Below are positions 1-10,223 of a stretch of DNA of 64,000 nucleotides, piece after piece (the first letter of the stretch is position 1; every line of letters begins with the position of its first letter). The notes beneath the pieces were generated by a model. It made no database searches, was not told the origin of the DNA, and saw only the letters and a program-made list of their open reading frames with translations. The DNA comes from a virus (taxonomy: Duplodnaviria > Heunggongvirae > Uroviricota > Caudoviricetes), in IMG/VR virus record IMGVR_UViG_2579778660_000001. One strand, written 5' to 3'. Both the position numbers and the translations under genes were made by a program.

Positions 1-1
1 C

Positions 2-2509
2 GATGGTAGTGCCAATATCGACCTGCCGGGCGTGAATAAAGCAGGTAATCAGAGCACTACCGGTAATGCTGCAACCGCTACAAAACTGCAAACAGCCCGC
101 ACAATCAACGGTGTTAAGTTTGATGGTTCTGCGAACATTTCGATACCAACAATCACGTCCAGAGGGCGTGTTACTGCGCTCACCGATACAACACAAGGTG
201 CTGCTACTGGATTGCAGATGTATGAGGCGTACAACAATAGCTACCCGACCGCGTATGGCAACGTATTGCACATGAAAGGTGCGAGTGCTGCTGGTGAGGG
301 CGAGTTGCTTATTGGCTGGAGTGGTACGAGCGGTGCACATGCGCCGGTTTTCATTCGCTCCCGAAGAGATTACGCTGATGCGGCATGGTCAGCGTGGGCG
401 CAGGTATATACATCAAGGGACTCCATTCCTGGTGTGAATGCCACTGGCAATCAGAATACAACTGGCAATGCAGCAACTGCTACAAAACTACAGACGGCAA
501 GAACTATCGGCGGAGTTAGCTTTGATGGTACTGCGAATATTAATTTACCTGGTGTTAACGTTGCGGGTAATCAGAATACATCCGGTAACGCGGCTACAGC
601 GACCAAGTTACAAACCGCGAGAACTATAAATGGGGTGTCGTTTGACGGTTCTAAAAACATTGAGCTAACTCCAAGGTCTATAGGCACGATCAACTCAACA
701 ACAATGTCTTTTAGTGGTGGTGCTGGATGGTTCAAGCTGGCAACTGTAACCATGCCACAGGCCAGTTCTATGGTTTACATAAGCCTGATTGGTGGTGCTG
801 GATATAATGTTAACTCCCCTATGCAGGCTGGTATATCTGAACTTGTTCTTCGTGCGGGAAATGGGAATCCAAAAGGTCTTACCGGTGCGTTATGGCGACG
901 GACATCGGTTGGATTTACTAATTTTGCATGGGTGAATACATCCGGTGATACCTATGATGTTTATGTTGAAATAGGTAATTACGCCACGGGTGTAAATATC
1001 CAGTGGGATTATACCAGGAACGCCAGCGTAACGATTCATACATCACCATCTTATACAGCGGATAAACCAACAGGCCTGACAGATGGAACTGTATATGTCA
1101 TTTACAGTTCGCACATTAAACCGACCGCCACGGATGTCGGCGCATTCCCAATAACCGGAGGAAATCTCAAAGGCGGTTTAACGGCTACTGGTGAGATCAT
1201 TTCAAAATCGGCGAATGGTCAGCGCATTGCCTACGGAAACTACGGATTCTTTATCCGAAACGATGGTTCACACACATTTTTCATGTTGACCGATTCGGGT
1301 AACAGCCTGGGAACCTATAATAATTTAAGGCCGCTTATTATTAACAACGCCAATGGTACTGTTACGATCGGTAATGGACTCAATGTTACTGGCGGCATCA
1401 ATGGTAGTTTGAACGGTAATGCTGCAACTGCAACAAAACTGCAAACAGCACGCACAATCGGCGGAGTGTCATTCGATGGTAGTGCCAATATCGACCTGCC
1501 GGGCGTGAATAAAGCAGGTAATCAGAGCACTACCGGTAATGCCGCAACCGCAACGAAACTACAGACTGCACGCACAATCGGCGGCGTGTCGTTCGATGGT
1601 AGTGCCAATATCGACCTGCCGGGCGTGAATAAAGCAGGTAATCAGAGCACTACCGGCAATGCTGCAACTGCAACAAAACTGCAAACAGCACGCACAATAG
1701 GCGGAGTGTCATTCGATGGTAGTGCCAATATCGACCTGCCGGGCGTGAATAAAGCAGGTAATCAGAGCACTACCGGTAATGCCGCAACCGCAACGAAACT
1801 ACAGACTGCACGCACTATCAACGGTGTTAAGTTTGATGGTTCTGCAAATATTACTTTAACTGCTGCTAACCTTGGCCTGAGCGATTCAAGCGGATATGTT
1901 GGGCGTTTGGTGAATACCCAGGTTTTCACTTCATCAGGTACGTATACCCCAACCCCAGGAACAAAACGGATCAGGGTCACAATAACGGGCGGCGGTGGCG
2001 GAGGGGGCGGCTGCAAGGCATACTCGAACAGCGAGACGTTTTTCGGTGCTGGCGGTGGGGCCGGTGGGACAATAATTTCAATAATGACCCCGACACAGAA
2101 TAGTTATCCAGTCACTATCGGCGCAGGTGGGGCCGGTGGTGTTAGTGCGACGAACGGCACCAGTGGCGGGAAAAGCGTATTCGCATCGTTAATTGCTCCT
2201 GGTGGCTCAGGCGGCGGAAAGTCAGGAGTCACAAACACAAACGGTGGTAACGGAGGTGTGCCGAGTACTGGCGATATCCGCATCACTGGTGGATATGGAG
2301 GCGACGGTCAGTCCGGAAATATCGGCGTCAGCGGTGAAGGCGGAACATCGTACTGGGGCGGCGGTGGACGTGCAGGCGCTGGCGGTGGTGTTATCGGTAA
2401 AGCATATGGTTCAGGCGGAGGTGGCGCATACGATGCCGGTTATAGCGGAACCAGTATGACGGGCGGGAAAGGCGCTTCAGGGATTTGTATTATCGAGGAG
2501 TTTGCATAA
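2..2509 (+). CDS. tail fibre protein, 5' partial (reading frame is open from the first bases of the window)
   Basis: Reiterated 40-aa motif GNAATATKLQTARTI(G/N)GV(S/K)FDGSANI typical of enterobacterial phage tail fibres; Gly-rich C-terminus; followed by an overlapping assembly-chaperone gene. The track start at 32 is GTG but the frame continues upstream. Confidence 0.85.
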   Translation, partial: DGSANIDLPGVNKAGNQSTTGNAATATKLQTARTINGVKFDGSANISIPTITSRGRVTALTDTTQGAATGLQMYEAYNNSYPTAYGNVLHMKGASAAGEGELLIGWSGTSGAHAPVFIRSRRDYADAAWSAWAQVYTSRDSIPGVNATGNQNTTGNAATATKLQTARTIGGVSFDGTANINLPGVNVAGNQNTSGNAATATKLQTARTINGVSFDGSKNIELTPRSIGTINSTTMSFSGGAGWFKLATVTMPQASSMVYISLIGGAGYNVNSPMQAGISELVLRAGNGNPKGLTGALWRRTSVGFTNFAWVNTSGDTYDVYVEIGNYATGVNIQWDYTRNASVTIHTSPSYTADKPTGLTDGTVYVIYSSHIKPTATDVGAFPITGGNLKGGLTATGEIISKSANGQRIAYGNYGFFIRNDGSHTFFMLTDSGNSLGTYNNLRPLIINNANGTVTIGNGLNVTGGINGSLNGNAATATKLQTARTIGGVSFDGSANIDLPGVNKAGNQSTTGNAATATKLQTARTIGGVSFDGSANIDLPGVNKAGNQSTTGNAATATKLQTARTIGGVSFDGSANIDLPGVNKAGNQSTTGNAATATKLQTARTINGVKFDGSANITLTAANLGLSDSSGYVGRLVNTQVFTSSGTYTPTPGTKRIRVTITGGGGGGGGCKAYSNSETFFGAGGGAGGTIISIMTPTQNSYPVTIGAGGAGGVSATNGTSGGKSVFASLIAPGGSGGGKSGVTNTNGGNGGVPSTGDIRITGGYGGDGQSGNIGVSGEGGTSYWGGGGRAGAGGGVIGKAYGSGGGGAYDAGYSGTSMTGGKGASGICIIEEFA
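1410..1850 (+). repeat. tandem 120-bp in-frame repeats (about 3.7 copies, near-identical) inside the tail fibre gene
   Basis: Direct reading: the unit aacggtaatgctgcaactgcaacaaaactgcaaacagcacgcacaatcggcgg...ccggt recurs at 120-bp period; degenerate copies at 1-120 and 430-660. Confidence 0.85.
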
Positions 2510-2919
2510 TGAATACGTCATATGCAGTTATTGAAAATGGGATGGTTGTGAATGTCATTGTCTGGGATGGCGAGGCTGAATTCACAGTGCCGGATAATCA
2601 GCAGCTCATTAATATTTCTGATATCAGTGAGCAGCCCGGAATCGGCTGGGTGTATTCAGACGGGGGATTTACTGCGCCACCCACTCCGGAACGTTCTCAT
2701 GATGAACTGGTAGCTGACGCTGAACAGAAAAAACAGTCGCTGATTGATACCGCAATGGCTTCCATTAGTCTTATTCAACTGAAATTACAGGCCGGACGGA
2801 ATCTTACGCATGCTGAAACCACCCGTCTTAACGCTGTGTTGGATTATATCGATGCGGTGACCGCAACGGATACCAGCACTGCACCAGATGTCAATTGGCC
2901 AGCGTTCCCGGAGGCGTAG
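2509..2919 (+). CDS. tail fibre assembly / chaperone protein (U-like)
   Basis: ATG overlaps the tail-fibre stop (TAATG) with GGAG 12 nt upstream; C-terminus ...DTSTAPDVNWPAFPEA resembles Tfa-family chaperones; position immediately 3' of the fibre gene. Confidence 0.6.
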   Translation: MNTSYAVIENGMVVNVIVWDGEAEFTVPDNQQLINISDISEQPGIGWVYSDGGFTAPPTPERSHDELVADAEQKKQSLIDTAMASISLIQLKLQAGRNLTHAETTRLNAVLDYIDAVTATDTSTAPDVNWPAFPEA

Positions 2920-3314
2920 TCCATTTAATGAAATATCTGGATCGCTGGAAGCATCGACTGGTTCCAGTGCATCCAGATAAGATGATTACTGTTCATGCTT
3001 CAAGAGCGAGCGCATACTGCATCCAGGCCAATCTAACTTTCATTCGACCAGAGTGTCACCTCTCAAAAGCATTTTTTGACTCTGGTCGTTCAGCCTTTTT
3101 GCCGCTCGCCTTATCCTCAAAAATTAGCTCACATCCTGCGCTTTCAAGGGCATTTCGTTGCAAAGCGGTGTTTTGGTCATTTGTTGATATGCGAATGTAT
3201 CCAATAAGCATATGTCTCCCTTGTATGCTAAGGATACGATTCTAGAAGATGTCCTGTAAGGAAATAACAAACTGACTAAGTTAGTGGCGCATTAGATGTT
3301 ATTTCTGGAGGGGT

Positions 3315-3641
3315 ATGTTTGCAGATTATGAAAATCTGGCTGTAGTAGTCATAACATCCCTACTAAGTGGAACCGGCGTATTCCTTCTCGGAGTCAGAGA
3401 CGGGCGCATTTCTGCGTCCCTGCTCAATCTTGCGAGTGAATTGTTTACTGCGGTAACAGCCGGGCTTGCGGGGTATGGGGTGGCGGTTAGCCAAGAATGG
3501 CCTGAAGGTATCATTTTCTGCGTTGTTCTGATTGCCAGTAACAACGGAAGAGAAATTTTACAGGGCTTGAAGTCCAGAGCTAGTAACGTCTTGAATCTCT
3601 TAAGCGTAATAGCGAATGGGGGAAAAGGTGGAGAGAAATAA
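3315..3641 (+). CDS. putative holin (LydA-like), 108 aa, predicted membrane helices
   Basis: GGAGGGG RBS; hydrophobic segments; size and position match the first gene of the P1 darA/lyd operon (recalled gene order, not searched). Confidence 0.45.
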   Translation: MFADYENLAVVVITSLLSGTGVFLLGVRDGRISASLLNLASELFTAVTAGLAGYGVAVSQEWPEGIIFCVVLIASNNGREILQGLKSRASNVLNLLSVIANGGKGGEK

Positions 3642-4087
3642 TGGGTAACTTTGGGAATTATTTCATTTTTATCATGGCATTTGTTGCCATCATTGACCGT
3701 TTCATTTTTCGTCGCAAGAGTGTTGAGATTTTGAGTATTGGTGACGCTGTAGTGAAAGAATCCGCTATAGCATTTCCTGTTTCGCTACGTGTTAAGCGAA
3801 GCTGGGTCAGCAATGCTCAAATCGAATATTGGTTGCAAGACCTGAAAAATCCATCTGTGGTTATTTCAGGGAAAACGCGACCAGTTGACGCCTCAAAACG
3901 CGGTGAGAGAGAAGAGTATTTGCTCATCGATACGAAATATCTTGAGCCAACGAAGTGGGATCTGAAAGTCACATTGACTAACGGTAACTGCCGACTGAAT
4001 CCGCTTTATCGCATTTTCCCTATCAATGACTGCATAGAGCGCCAGTTTACGATCGAAAAGCGTGAAGGAGACTGGGATGTCAAATAA
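3641..4087 (+). CDS. putative antiholin / lysis-associated protein (LydB-like), 148 aa
   Basis: TAATG overlap with the upstream gene; N-terminal transmembrane helix; size consistent with LydB. Confidence 0.35.
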   Translation: MGNFGNYFIFIMAFVAIIDRFIFRRKSVEILSIGDAVVKESAIAFPVSLRVKRSWVSNAQIEYWLQDLKNPSVVISGKTRPVDASKRGEREEYLLIDTKYLEPTKWDLKVTLTNGNCRLNPLYRIFPINDCIERQFTIEKREGDWDVK

Positions 4088-4697
4088 GAATAATTATGTT
4101 CTTCTTAATTATGATGAGTTAAACGAAAAGGGGCTGGCAAAACTCGTCAAAGAAATCAGCAAAGGTGGTTACAAGATAGCGAGGGTGATCCCTGCAAGTA
4201 ATGGCAGGAAGAAAGATGGGATCATGACGCGCACGTTTACCCTTATTGGTCTTGATGAACAGACAATGGAAGTTCAGGTTAACGATACCGGTGATATATC
4301 TGGGATCAAACTGAATGGTAAAACAGTACCGTTCAAGCCAGTAAAAACAATGTCGGCTTTGGGGCAATCTCTTGCGGCTTTATTTAATCGCGGAGCAACT
4401 TCTTTCCAGAAGTCATTAGCTCGAAAACTTGCTCGTGCAGCAAAAAATATTGATGACGAAAATAAGAAGCGGCAGGGAGTTAAATCCAACGCTCAGAAAT
4501 TAGCTGAAGCGAAAGAATCACGTGATGCACTCCGTGAAGATATCGCTAATGCTAACGACAAACTGTCTAAACTCCAGAGCAAGTCAGACAAAGTAATGCA
4601 AGATACGGGTAACGTTAAAGCTGCCTTGTCTCAGGAAGTAGCTAAGACACGTGCTCTTAAAGAAGAAATCGCGCGCCTGGAGGATGAGCATGATTAA
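4077..4697 (+). CDS. Hdf-like coiled-coil virion protein
   Basis: AAGGAG RBS 6 nt before ATG at 4077 (track start 4062 is less likely); Lys/Glu-rich coiled-coil C-terminus; sits immediately 5' of the DarA-like gene. Confidence 0.35.
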   Translation: MSNKNNYVLLNYDELNEKGLAKLVKEISKGGYKIARVIPASNGRKKDGIMTRTFTLIGLDEQTMEVQVNDTGDISGIKLNGKTVPFKPVKTMSALGQSLAALFNRGATSFQKSLARKLARAAKNIDDENKKRQGVKSNAQKLAEAKESRDALREDIANANDKLSKLQSKSDKVMQDTGNVKAALSQEVAKTRALKEEIARLEDEHD

Positions 4698-6615
4698 CAA
4701 TCCTTTACGAATTAATATTCAGTCTACTTTTGCTGATACGATCCCCGGCTATATGCCAGGTCGCTGGTCTTCAGAAGAATTAAGCGAAGATGACCTGATT
4801 TTTGAGGCGGCGACCTTAGAAGATATTGAGCTTGCCTATATGGGCAATGAAATTCTGGTTGTGTCTGACGAAGCTATGTTTGAGTCCATAACTACAACCA
4901 GAATTCGGTTAGCTCAAACAATGCGAGCTTTCGTCCGTGCGCTGAATCGTGGCCTGAATGGTACGAATATTATGGCAGGGACTGATGAAGCCGGGACCGA
5001 TGAAAATGGACGTAATTGTATTGGTGGTGCGATTATCGGTCGTGTACGTCGGGTAGCTAATATCCCTGTTTTGACCGCGCAGATACCGCTTACTGACGGG
5101 CAGAGTACAAGCATAATTTTCCACTCTCCAACAGCTGACGGGGCAAAAATAAAGAGTAACGACGAGCTTGTTGCATTTCAGTTTTTACTTAATAAGCGTA
5201 ACGTAACTCACGTTGTCGCCCCGATTGGCGGGAGAGATGTTTCTTTAAGCCAGGTATGCCAGGCGCTATCTAATTTGATTGAGCGTAACAGCGAAAAATT
5301 TAAGAAAGCAAAAGAGCGCCAGGACAAAATGAAGGCAGATATTGAGAGTTATCTCAATGAAGCAGATAAACTGGCAGAAGAACGGTCAATAACAATTGAT
5401 CAGGTGGACGTTGCGCAACGTGGGCTGACTGAAAAGCGTGCTGCTCTTACGGAGATGCAAAAAAAACTTGATGCCCAGAAAGCCATCAACGAGGAATTAC
5501 AAGAAAAACGCGATAAATTGTTGTCTGCTAAAGGTGAAAAAACGAAGGAGCGAGCGTTTAGTGACCAGCTGCGACATGTAAAACATAATCTTGCCATTGA
5601 CGGAAAAACAGTGCTGGATAATGGCGCTGAAGTTAATTATGTCACGTCCGGCAGTGACAATTTCGTTACGATAGTAGCACCTGAAGGTAAATTCAGTATT
5701 GATGCCAGTGCTGTCAAAGGAGGCAGTTTGGCAGATGCTGCAACCAAATTACTTAAAGCCTACCGAGAGCATAACGCAGATAAATATAAAGTTGATGTGT
5801 TACCAGGCCAGCAGGAAGACTCCGAACCACCACAGACAGCCCCCGAGACGAACCCAGTATCACAACCAGAGAGCCAAGATGTAGGTAAATACCACTATGC
5901 ACTTCAATCTCGCCCGGCTGGTGTTGGTGCTGTGCCGGATGGGAATAAAGCCGTGCTTGATCGTCCTGACCAGGCTGATCAGTATTACGGATATGCTCGT
6001 CACGGTATCATTACGTATGACCGTAAACTGACAGATGAAGAAGTCAGCCAGTACGAGTTGCTCTATCTTCCTGATGAAGATGAGCTGAAAGATTTTGCAG
6101 GCCAATTGGTTGTGTCCAGCATGTCTAAACATATTGATGGCTATGTGGACCTGTTTGGCAGTGACCTGAAAACATTCAAGGCGCAAGTGAAAATTCTTTT
6201 CCGCAAAGCGTTTCCAAACGTGGCGTATCCACTTGGTGATGGGGAGAACCTTTTCATTATGGACGTGTATAACGCCCTTCAAAATTATTCAAGCGAAGTA
6301 AAAACAGAGCATGTGGTTGAGCCAGAATCACAACCACAACCAGCACCAGAACAGGAGCCGGAGCCAGAAGAAGCGGGTGAATCAGCAAGTGAAGCTGATC
6401 AGGAGGCAGATAAAGCGCTGGAGTACCTGAAATCCGTGCCGGAGCAGTTTACATCCCGCGATCTGACGGTCATCAGTACTGAACTTGATCATGTACAGGA
6501 AGCAGCAAATGCTCTAATCAGTGCAGGTCGATACGACGAGAACGAAGCCACTGTGGGTGCAGCAGTTGACTACCTGATCAACATTCTGGCTGAAATTCAG
6601 CAGGGAGGTGCTTAA
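4690..6615 (+). CDS. DarA-like internal head protein (defence against restriction), 641 aa
   Basis: GGAGGA RBS with ATG at 4690 overlapping the upstream stop; size close to P1 DarA; coiled-coil and Pro/Glu-rich acidic linker; operon context with a DarB-like gene elsewhere in the window. Confidence 0.45.
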   Translation: MINNPLRINIQSTFADTIPGYMPGRWSSEELSEDDLIFEAATLEDIELAYMGNEILVVSDEAMFESITTTRIRLAQTMRAFVRALNRGLNGTNIMAGTDEAGTDENGRNCIGGAIIGRVRRVANIPVLTAQIPLTDGQSTSIIFHSPTADGAKIKSNDELVAFQFLLNKRNVTHVVAPIGGRDVSLSQVCQALSNLIERNSEKFKKAKERQDKMKADIESYLNEADKLAEERSITIDQVDVAQRGLTEKRAALTEMQKKLDAQKAINEELQEKRDKLLSAKGEKTKERAFSDQLRHVKHNLAIDGKTVLDNGAEVNYVTSGSDNFVTIVAPEGKFSIDASAVKGGSLADAATKLLKAYREHNADKYKVDVLPGQQEDSEPPQTAPETNPVSQPESQDVGKYHYALQSRPAGVGAVPDGNKAVLDRPDQADQYYGYARHGIITYDRKLTDEEVSQYELLYLPDEDELKDFAGQLVVSSMSKHIDGYVDLFGSDLKTFKAQVKILFRKAFPNVAYPLGDGENLFIMDVYNALQNYSSEVKTEHVVEPESQPQPAPEQEPEPEEAGESASEADQEADKALEYLKSVPEQFTSRDLTVISTELDHVQEAANALISAGRYDENEATVGAAVDYLINILAEIQQGGA

Positions 6616-6983
6616 TGACCATCTCTGTTTTAGACCGCCTGAAATTAGGTAAAGAGCTATCAGATCTAATGCAGGCGCAGAAAACTGCGCCAGTATTGCA
6701 ACGCGTCACCATTGGTAAGCAGATTGTTGATGTGATGCTGAAATTGGGCCTGGGGACTGCCGCGCAACCGGCAGCGGAACCGCAACAACAGACTGATCCT
6801 GTTGTAGATGAAGTCCCTAAGATAGTGACTGACTTCCTGGGCGGTGTGTTCACAAAGTCCACACAAATGGAATTTATTGATGCGCTGCGTGGGATCTCAA
6901 ACTATGTTGGCGAGTTCCTTACGTTGGAGCAGGCTAAAGTACAGACCATAAGCTGGGTGAAAGCCAACGGTTATGCCGGGTAA
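6615..6983 (+). CDS. DdrA-like small protein, 122 aa
   Basis: TAATG overlap with the DarA-like gene; size matches the P1 ddrA position; followed by a terminator. Confidence 0.35.
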   Translation: MTISVLDRLKLGKELSDLMQAQKTAPVLQRVTIGKQIVDVMLKLGLGTAAQPAAEPQQQTDPVVDEVPKIVTDFLGGVFTKSTQMEFIDALRGISNYVGEFLTLEQAKVQTISWVKANGYAG

Positions 6984-6986
6984 TCA

Positions 6987-7012
6987 AAAGGGGGTGAAAT
7001 CCCCCTTTCACT
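6987..7012 (+). terminator. intrinsic terminator-like hairpin (aaaggggg-tgaaat-ccccctttc)
   Basis: GC stem followed by a T-rich stretch directly after the stop at 6983. Confidence 0.5.
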
Positions 7013-7065
7013 TCTCTGTTCTCACATAAATCACACTCTTTTTACACTCACAGCTTTCTCTATAG

Positions 7066-8463
7066 TTGGAGTGTATTTTGAACAAATCAGTTACTTCTGC
7101 GCTTTCCGAGGCCGCAGATATTAACAGCGTCATTGCTCTGGTTTCTTCATTAGAGAGGAAAGAAACACGCATGGGGCGAAGTAGCTACGTAGTCACCAGC
7201 AAAGGCGCAGAGGTAAAGACGGCTTTTAAGGTCGTTGATGCCAGCAGTCTAATCATTTCGAACAACCTTGACGGTACGATTAACCCGGCCTTCCCGGAAG
7301 AACTCCAACCACGAGATCGTACCCGGCTATCCAGCAAACTCCAGGTTAACCGTATTGCCTCCGATTTACGCCCGGCACAATTAACGGATTCCGGTATGAG
7401 CAGCCACGGAGCGCCGATAGTTGGTGCGGACAACGTTGTTGAATCCGGCAACGGAAGGAGTATGGGTATCTGGCGTGCCTATGAGCAAGGACAGGCGGAT
7501 GAGTATCGCCAGTACCTGATCGACCATGCGAAAGAGTTTGGTCTGAATCCTGACGAAATTTCGCAAATGTCTATGCCCGTACTGGTGCGAGAAAGACTCA
7601 CAGATGTAGACCGCGCTCAATTTGCCCGCGATTCAAACATTAGCGATCTGCAAGAGATGGCAGCAAGTGAAAAAGCGTATGCGGATGCGCAATTTCTCAC
7701 TGAGAGCGTCATGGCGCTATTTAATCCTTCAGATGATGGAAATCTGCTGGCGCGGTCCAATGATGCGTTTATTCGTGCGTTTTTGCGCGAAATTGGCGAT
7801 ACAGCGACGGCAGGCTTGCTTACTGCCGATGGGCGTCCCACGAAACAGCTTATCGATCGCATCCAGAATGCAATTTTTGCCAAAGCGTACAAGGATGAAA
7901 GGCTTGTTCGGCTGGTGTCGGAAGAGCCAGATCCGGAAATGCGTAATATCCTGACCGCATTAAATACGGCAGCCAGCGATTTTGCGCAAATGCAGTCGCT
8001 GTCTGGCGACGCTCACCATGACGCAGTAACAGGCTTAGTGGACGGTATAGAGCAGGTTAATGGCCTGGATACACAGGCGATAGCAGCACTCCAGGAAGCA
8101 ATCAATCTTGTACGTGAAGCCAAAGACAACGGTCAGGCCGTTGAAGAAGTGATCGCCCAAAGGGGGTTATTCGGTGACAGTACACCGGAAGCTGAGGCAT
8201 TGGCGCTATTCATCGTAGCAAATAATCGCAGTGCGAAGCGTATGGGGGCAGCATTCAAAAAAATGGCGCAAAAAATCAACGACGAGCTGACTCATAAACA
8301 ACAGGCATTGGGCGATATGTTCGGCGGTGGCGATGTTGATCTGCGTCGTATTTTGTCTGCTGTATCTGATGAAATTGAGGGTGAATTTGGCGAAGGGAAA
8401 GGTCTGAACTTTGCTATGTTTGAAAATTCTACAGTTCTAAATAATTGCCGTATGGGAAACTAA
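7066..8463 (+). CDS. hypothetical virion/morphogenesis-associated protein, 465 aa
   Basis: Long ORF with TTG start (uncertain) and no recognisable motif; lies between the Dar-like operon and the portal-like gene. Confidence 0.45.
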   Translation: MECILNKSVTSALSEAADINSVIALVSSLERKETRMGRSSYVVTSKGAEVKTAFKVVDASSLIISNNLDGTINPAFPEELQPRDRTRLSSKLQVNRIASDLRPAQLTDSGMSSHGAPIVGADNVVESGNGRSMGIWRAYEQGQADEYRQYLIDHAKEFGLNPDEISQMSMPVLVRERLTDVDRAQFARDSNISDLQEMAASEKAYADAQFLTESVMALFNPSDDGNLLARSNDAFIRAFLREIGDTATAGLLTADGRPTKQLIDRIQNAIFAKAYKDERLVRLVSEEPDPEMRNILTALNTAASDFAQMQSLSGDAHHDAVTGLVDGIEQVNGLDTQAIAALQEAINLVREAKDNGQAVEEVIAQRGLFGDSTPEAEALALFIVANNRSAKRMGAAFKKMAQKINDELTHKQQALGDMFGGGDVDLRRILSAVSDEIEGEFGEGKGLNFAMFENSTVLNNCRMGN

Positions 8464-8527
8464 ACCAACCGCTGAAATCACATACTGATTATGCTGCCGC
8501 AAAACTGGAAACAATTTGCGGTGATTC

Positions 8528-10210
8528 ATGGCAACGAAAGACAAAAATAAAGGCTTTCTGTCAGCATTGAAGAAAGCCTTCAACGGTGGTGATGTTACGC
8601 CCGCCGATCCGGTCGTTTTTACGAGCGGACATAGTGTCGTTGCTCGTTCCGGCCTGTCTGCTTTACGTCCAGGCATCCTGGGGAGCAATAGCGATGGCAT
8701 GACGAGTGAGGCAGATTCAATTTCTTTATCCGCTGAACTGCCCGGCGAGCGCCTGCAAAAGTACAACATCCTGGAAACGATGGCTAAAAGCCCGACTATC
8801 TCGACGGCTTTAAACATTCACATTGCACATGCGCTTGCGCCTTCAAAAAAAACCGGACAGGCATTCATCCTTTCGCCAAAGGATGGTTCCGATGCCGAGG
8901 CAGTAAGTAGATGTGAAGAGTTAACCGCTGATTTGGGGGCGATGATTAATGACGGACTTCCTTCATGGGCCATGATCATGGCGATCTTTGGGGTGTCTTA
9001 TGTCCGACCTTATGCTGAACAGGGCAGGGGGATAACAGGCATTGAGTCCAGTTATTACACTCTGCCACATTTCGTCCAGGAATTTTATCGCGGTAGCCAG
9101 CTGGTTGGATTCAGTGGTGATTACATCCTGGATACGCATAGTTTGCGCAGAGTAATAACCGAACCGTGGAATCTGGTTTCCATGAAAAATCCCTATTGGA
9201 CGCCACAGCATAAAGTTATTCCGGTTAGCTACGGCACAAAAGGGTACTCACTGTTAAGTGATCAGGCTGATAAGCCGTTAATGGAGACGCAGAATTACGG
9301 AACTTCATTCCTGGAATACAGCTATGAACCTTACCTTAATTTATGTGCTTCGCTCGCCGCGCTGAAATCAACGCGAAATAATGCAGCCAAAATTGACCGC
9401 CTGATTGCTCTTACGACGAACACACTGGACCCGGTTAATGCGGCGAACTATACGCGTGGCGTCAGCCAGGCATTGAAGCGTCATAGTGACCTGGTGGCGC
9501 AAAGGTCGATTAATGCTAACGCTATTCCGACTGTGCTTAACCATCTGATACCTGTTATGGGGGACGGGAAGAACGGCATCACCATTGATACGCAATCTAT
9601 ACCCGCAGATATCAGTGGTATCGAAGACGTTATGTTTCACCTCCGGCAGCTTGCTGCAAGCCTCGGCATTGACGCAACAATGCTTGGCTGGGCGGATCAG
9701 ATGAGCGGAGGGCTTGGAGAAGGCGGCTGGCAGCAAACTGCTATCCAGGCTGCATTGCGTGCGAACTGGATCAGACAGGCCGCCCAGCGAACTATTTATC
9801 GGCTTCTGGACATTCACCTCGCTTATAAATACGGCAAGGTTTACACCGAAACAAACCGCCCTTATGACGTGCAATTCAACTCAATGAACACTGCTATTCA
9901 GGAAGAGGAAAACCGGGAACTGGATGCACGCGCTAACTTTGTTGCTGTCATCTCGCAAATAATGGACCAGATCCAGAACAACCCGAAACTGGCTGGTAGT
10001 GACGCGTTTATGCGTTATCTGTTCACCGAGCAGTTGCACATCGACGATGACACTCTCAACACCATGATCAAAGAGTTTAAGGCGAATGAATCAGAGCAAA
10101 ACAACGAGCATGGTATGTACGAATCCGCGCCGTTGTCGTCCGGTGACGATCCGGAAAACTGGACGCCAGAACAGTTAATAAACTTTGCAAAATTTGTGAT
10201 GAGCAATTAA
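8528..10210 (+). CDS. portal (head-tail connector) protein, 560 aa
   Basis: Central segment NYGTSFLEYSYEPYLNLCASL resembles the YGRSYIEEYLGDLRSLENL region of T7-type portals (recalled); followed by a scaffold/protease-like gene. Confidence 0.5.
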   Translation: MATKDKNKGFLSALKKAFNGGDVTPADPVVFTSGHSVVARSGLSALRPGILGSNSDGMTSEADSISLSAELPGERLQKYNILETMAKSPTISTALNIHIAHALAPSKKTGQAFILSPKDGSDAEAVSRCEELTADLGAMINDGLPSWAMIMAIFGVSYVRPYAEQGRGITGIESSYYTLPHFVQEFYRGSQLVGFSGDYILDTHSLRRVITEPWNLVSMKNPYWTPQHKVIPVSYGTKGYSLLSDQADKPLMETQNYGTSFLEYSYEPYLNLCASLAALKSTRNNAAKIDRLIALTTNTLDPVNAANYTRGVSQALKRHSDLVAQRSINANAIPTVLNHLIPVMGDGKNGITIDTQSIPADISGIEDVMFHLRQLAASLGIDATMLGWADQMSGGLGEGGWQQTAIQAALRANWIRQAAQRTIYRLLDIHLAYKYGKVYTETNRPYDVQFNSMNTAIQEEENRELDARANFVAVISQIMDQIQNNPKLAGSDAFMRYLFTEQLHIDDDTLNTMIKEFKANESEQNNEHGMYESAPLSSGDDPENWTPEQLINFAKFVMSN

Positions 10211-10223
10211 CCGGAGGGAAATA

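Noticed and set aside
1381-1860. Possible CRISPR array suggested by regularly spaced repeats
   Set aside because: The repeats are 120 bp, contiguous with no spacers, in-frame coding sequence of the tail fibre, and there are no cas genes.
1762-2459. Minus-strand poly-Pro ORFs and a plus-strand 88-aa ORF inside the tail-fibre gene
   Set aside because: These are antisense or out-of-frame shadows of the Gly-rich (GGN) coding repeats.
2895-3245. 116-aa ORF after the tail-fibre assembly gene
   Set aside because: It starts inside the 3' end of the Tfa-like gene in another frame, has no RBS, and its product is low-complexity; the region reads as intergenic with a large hairpin.
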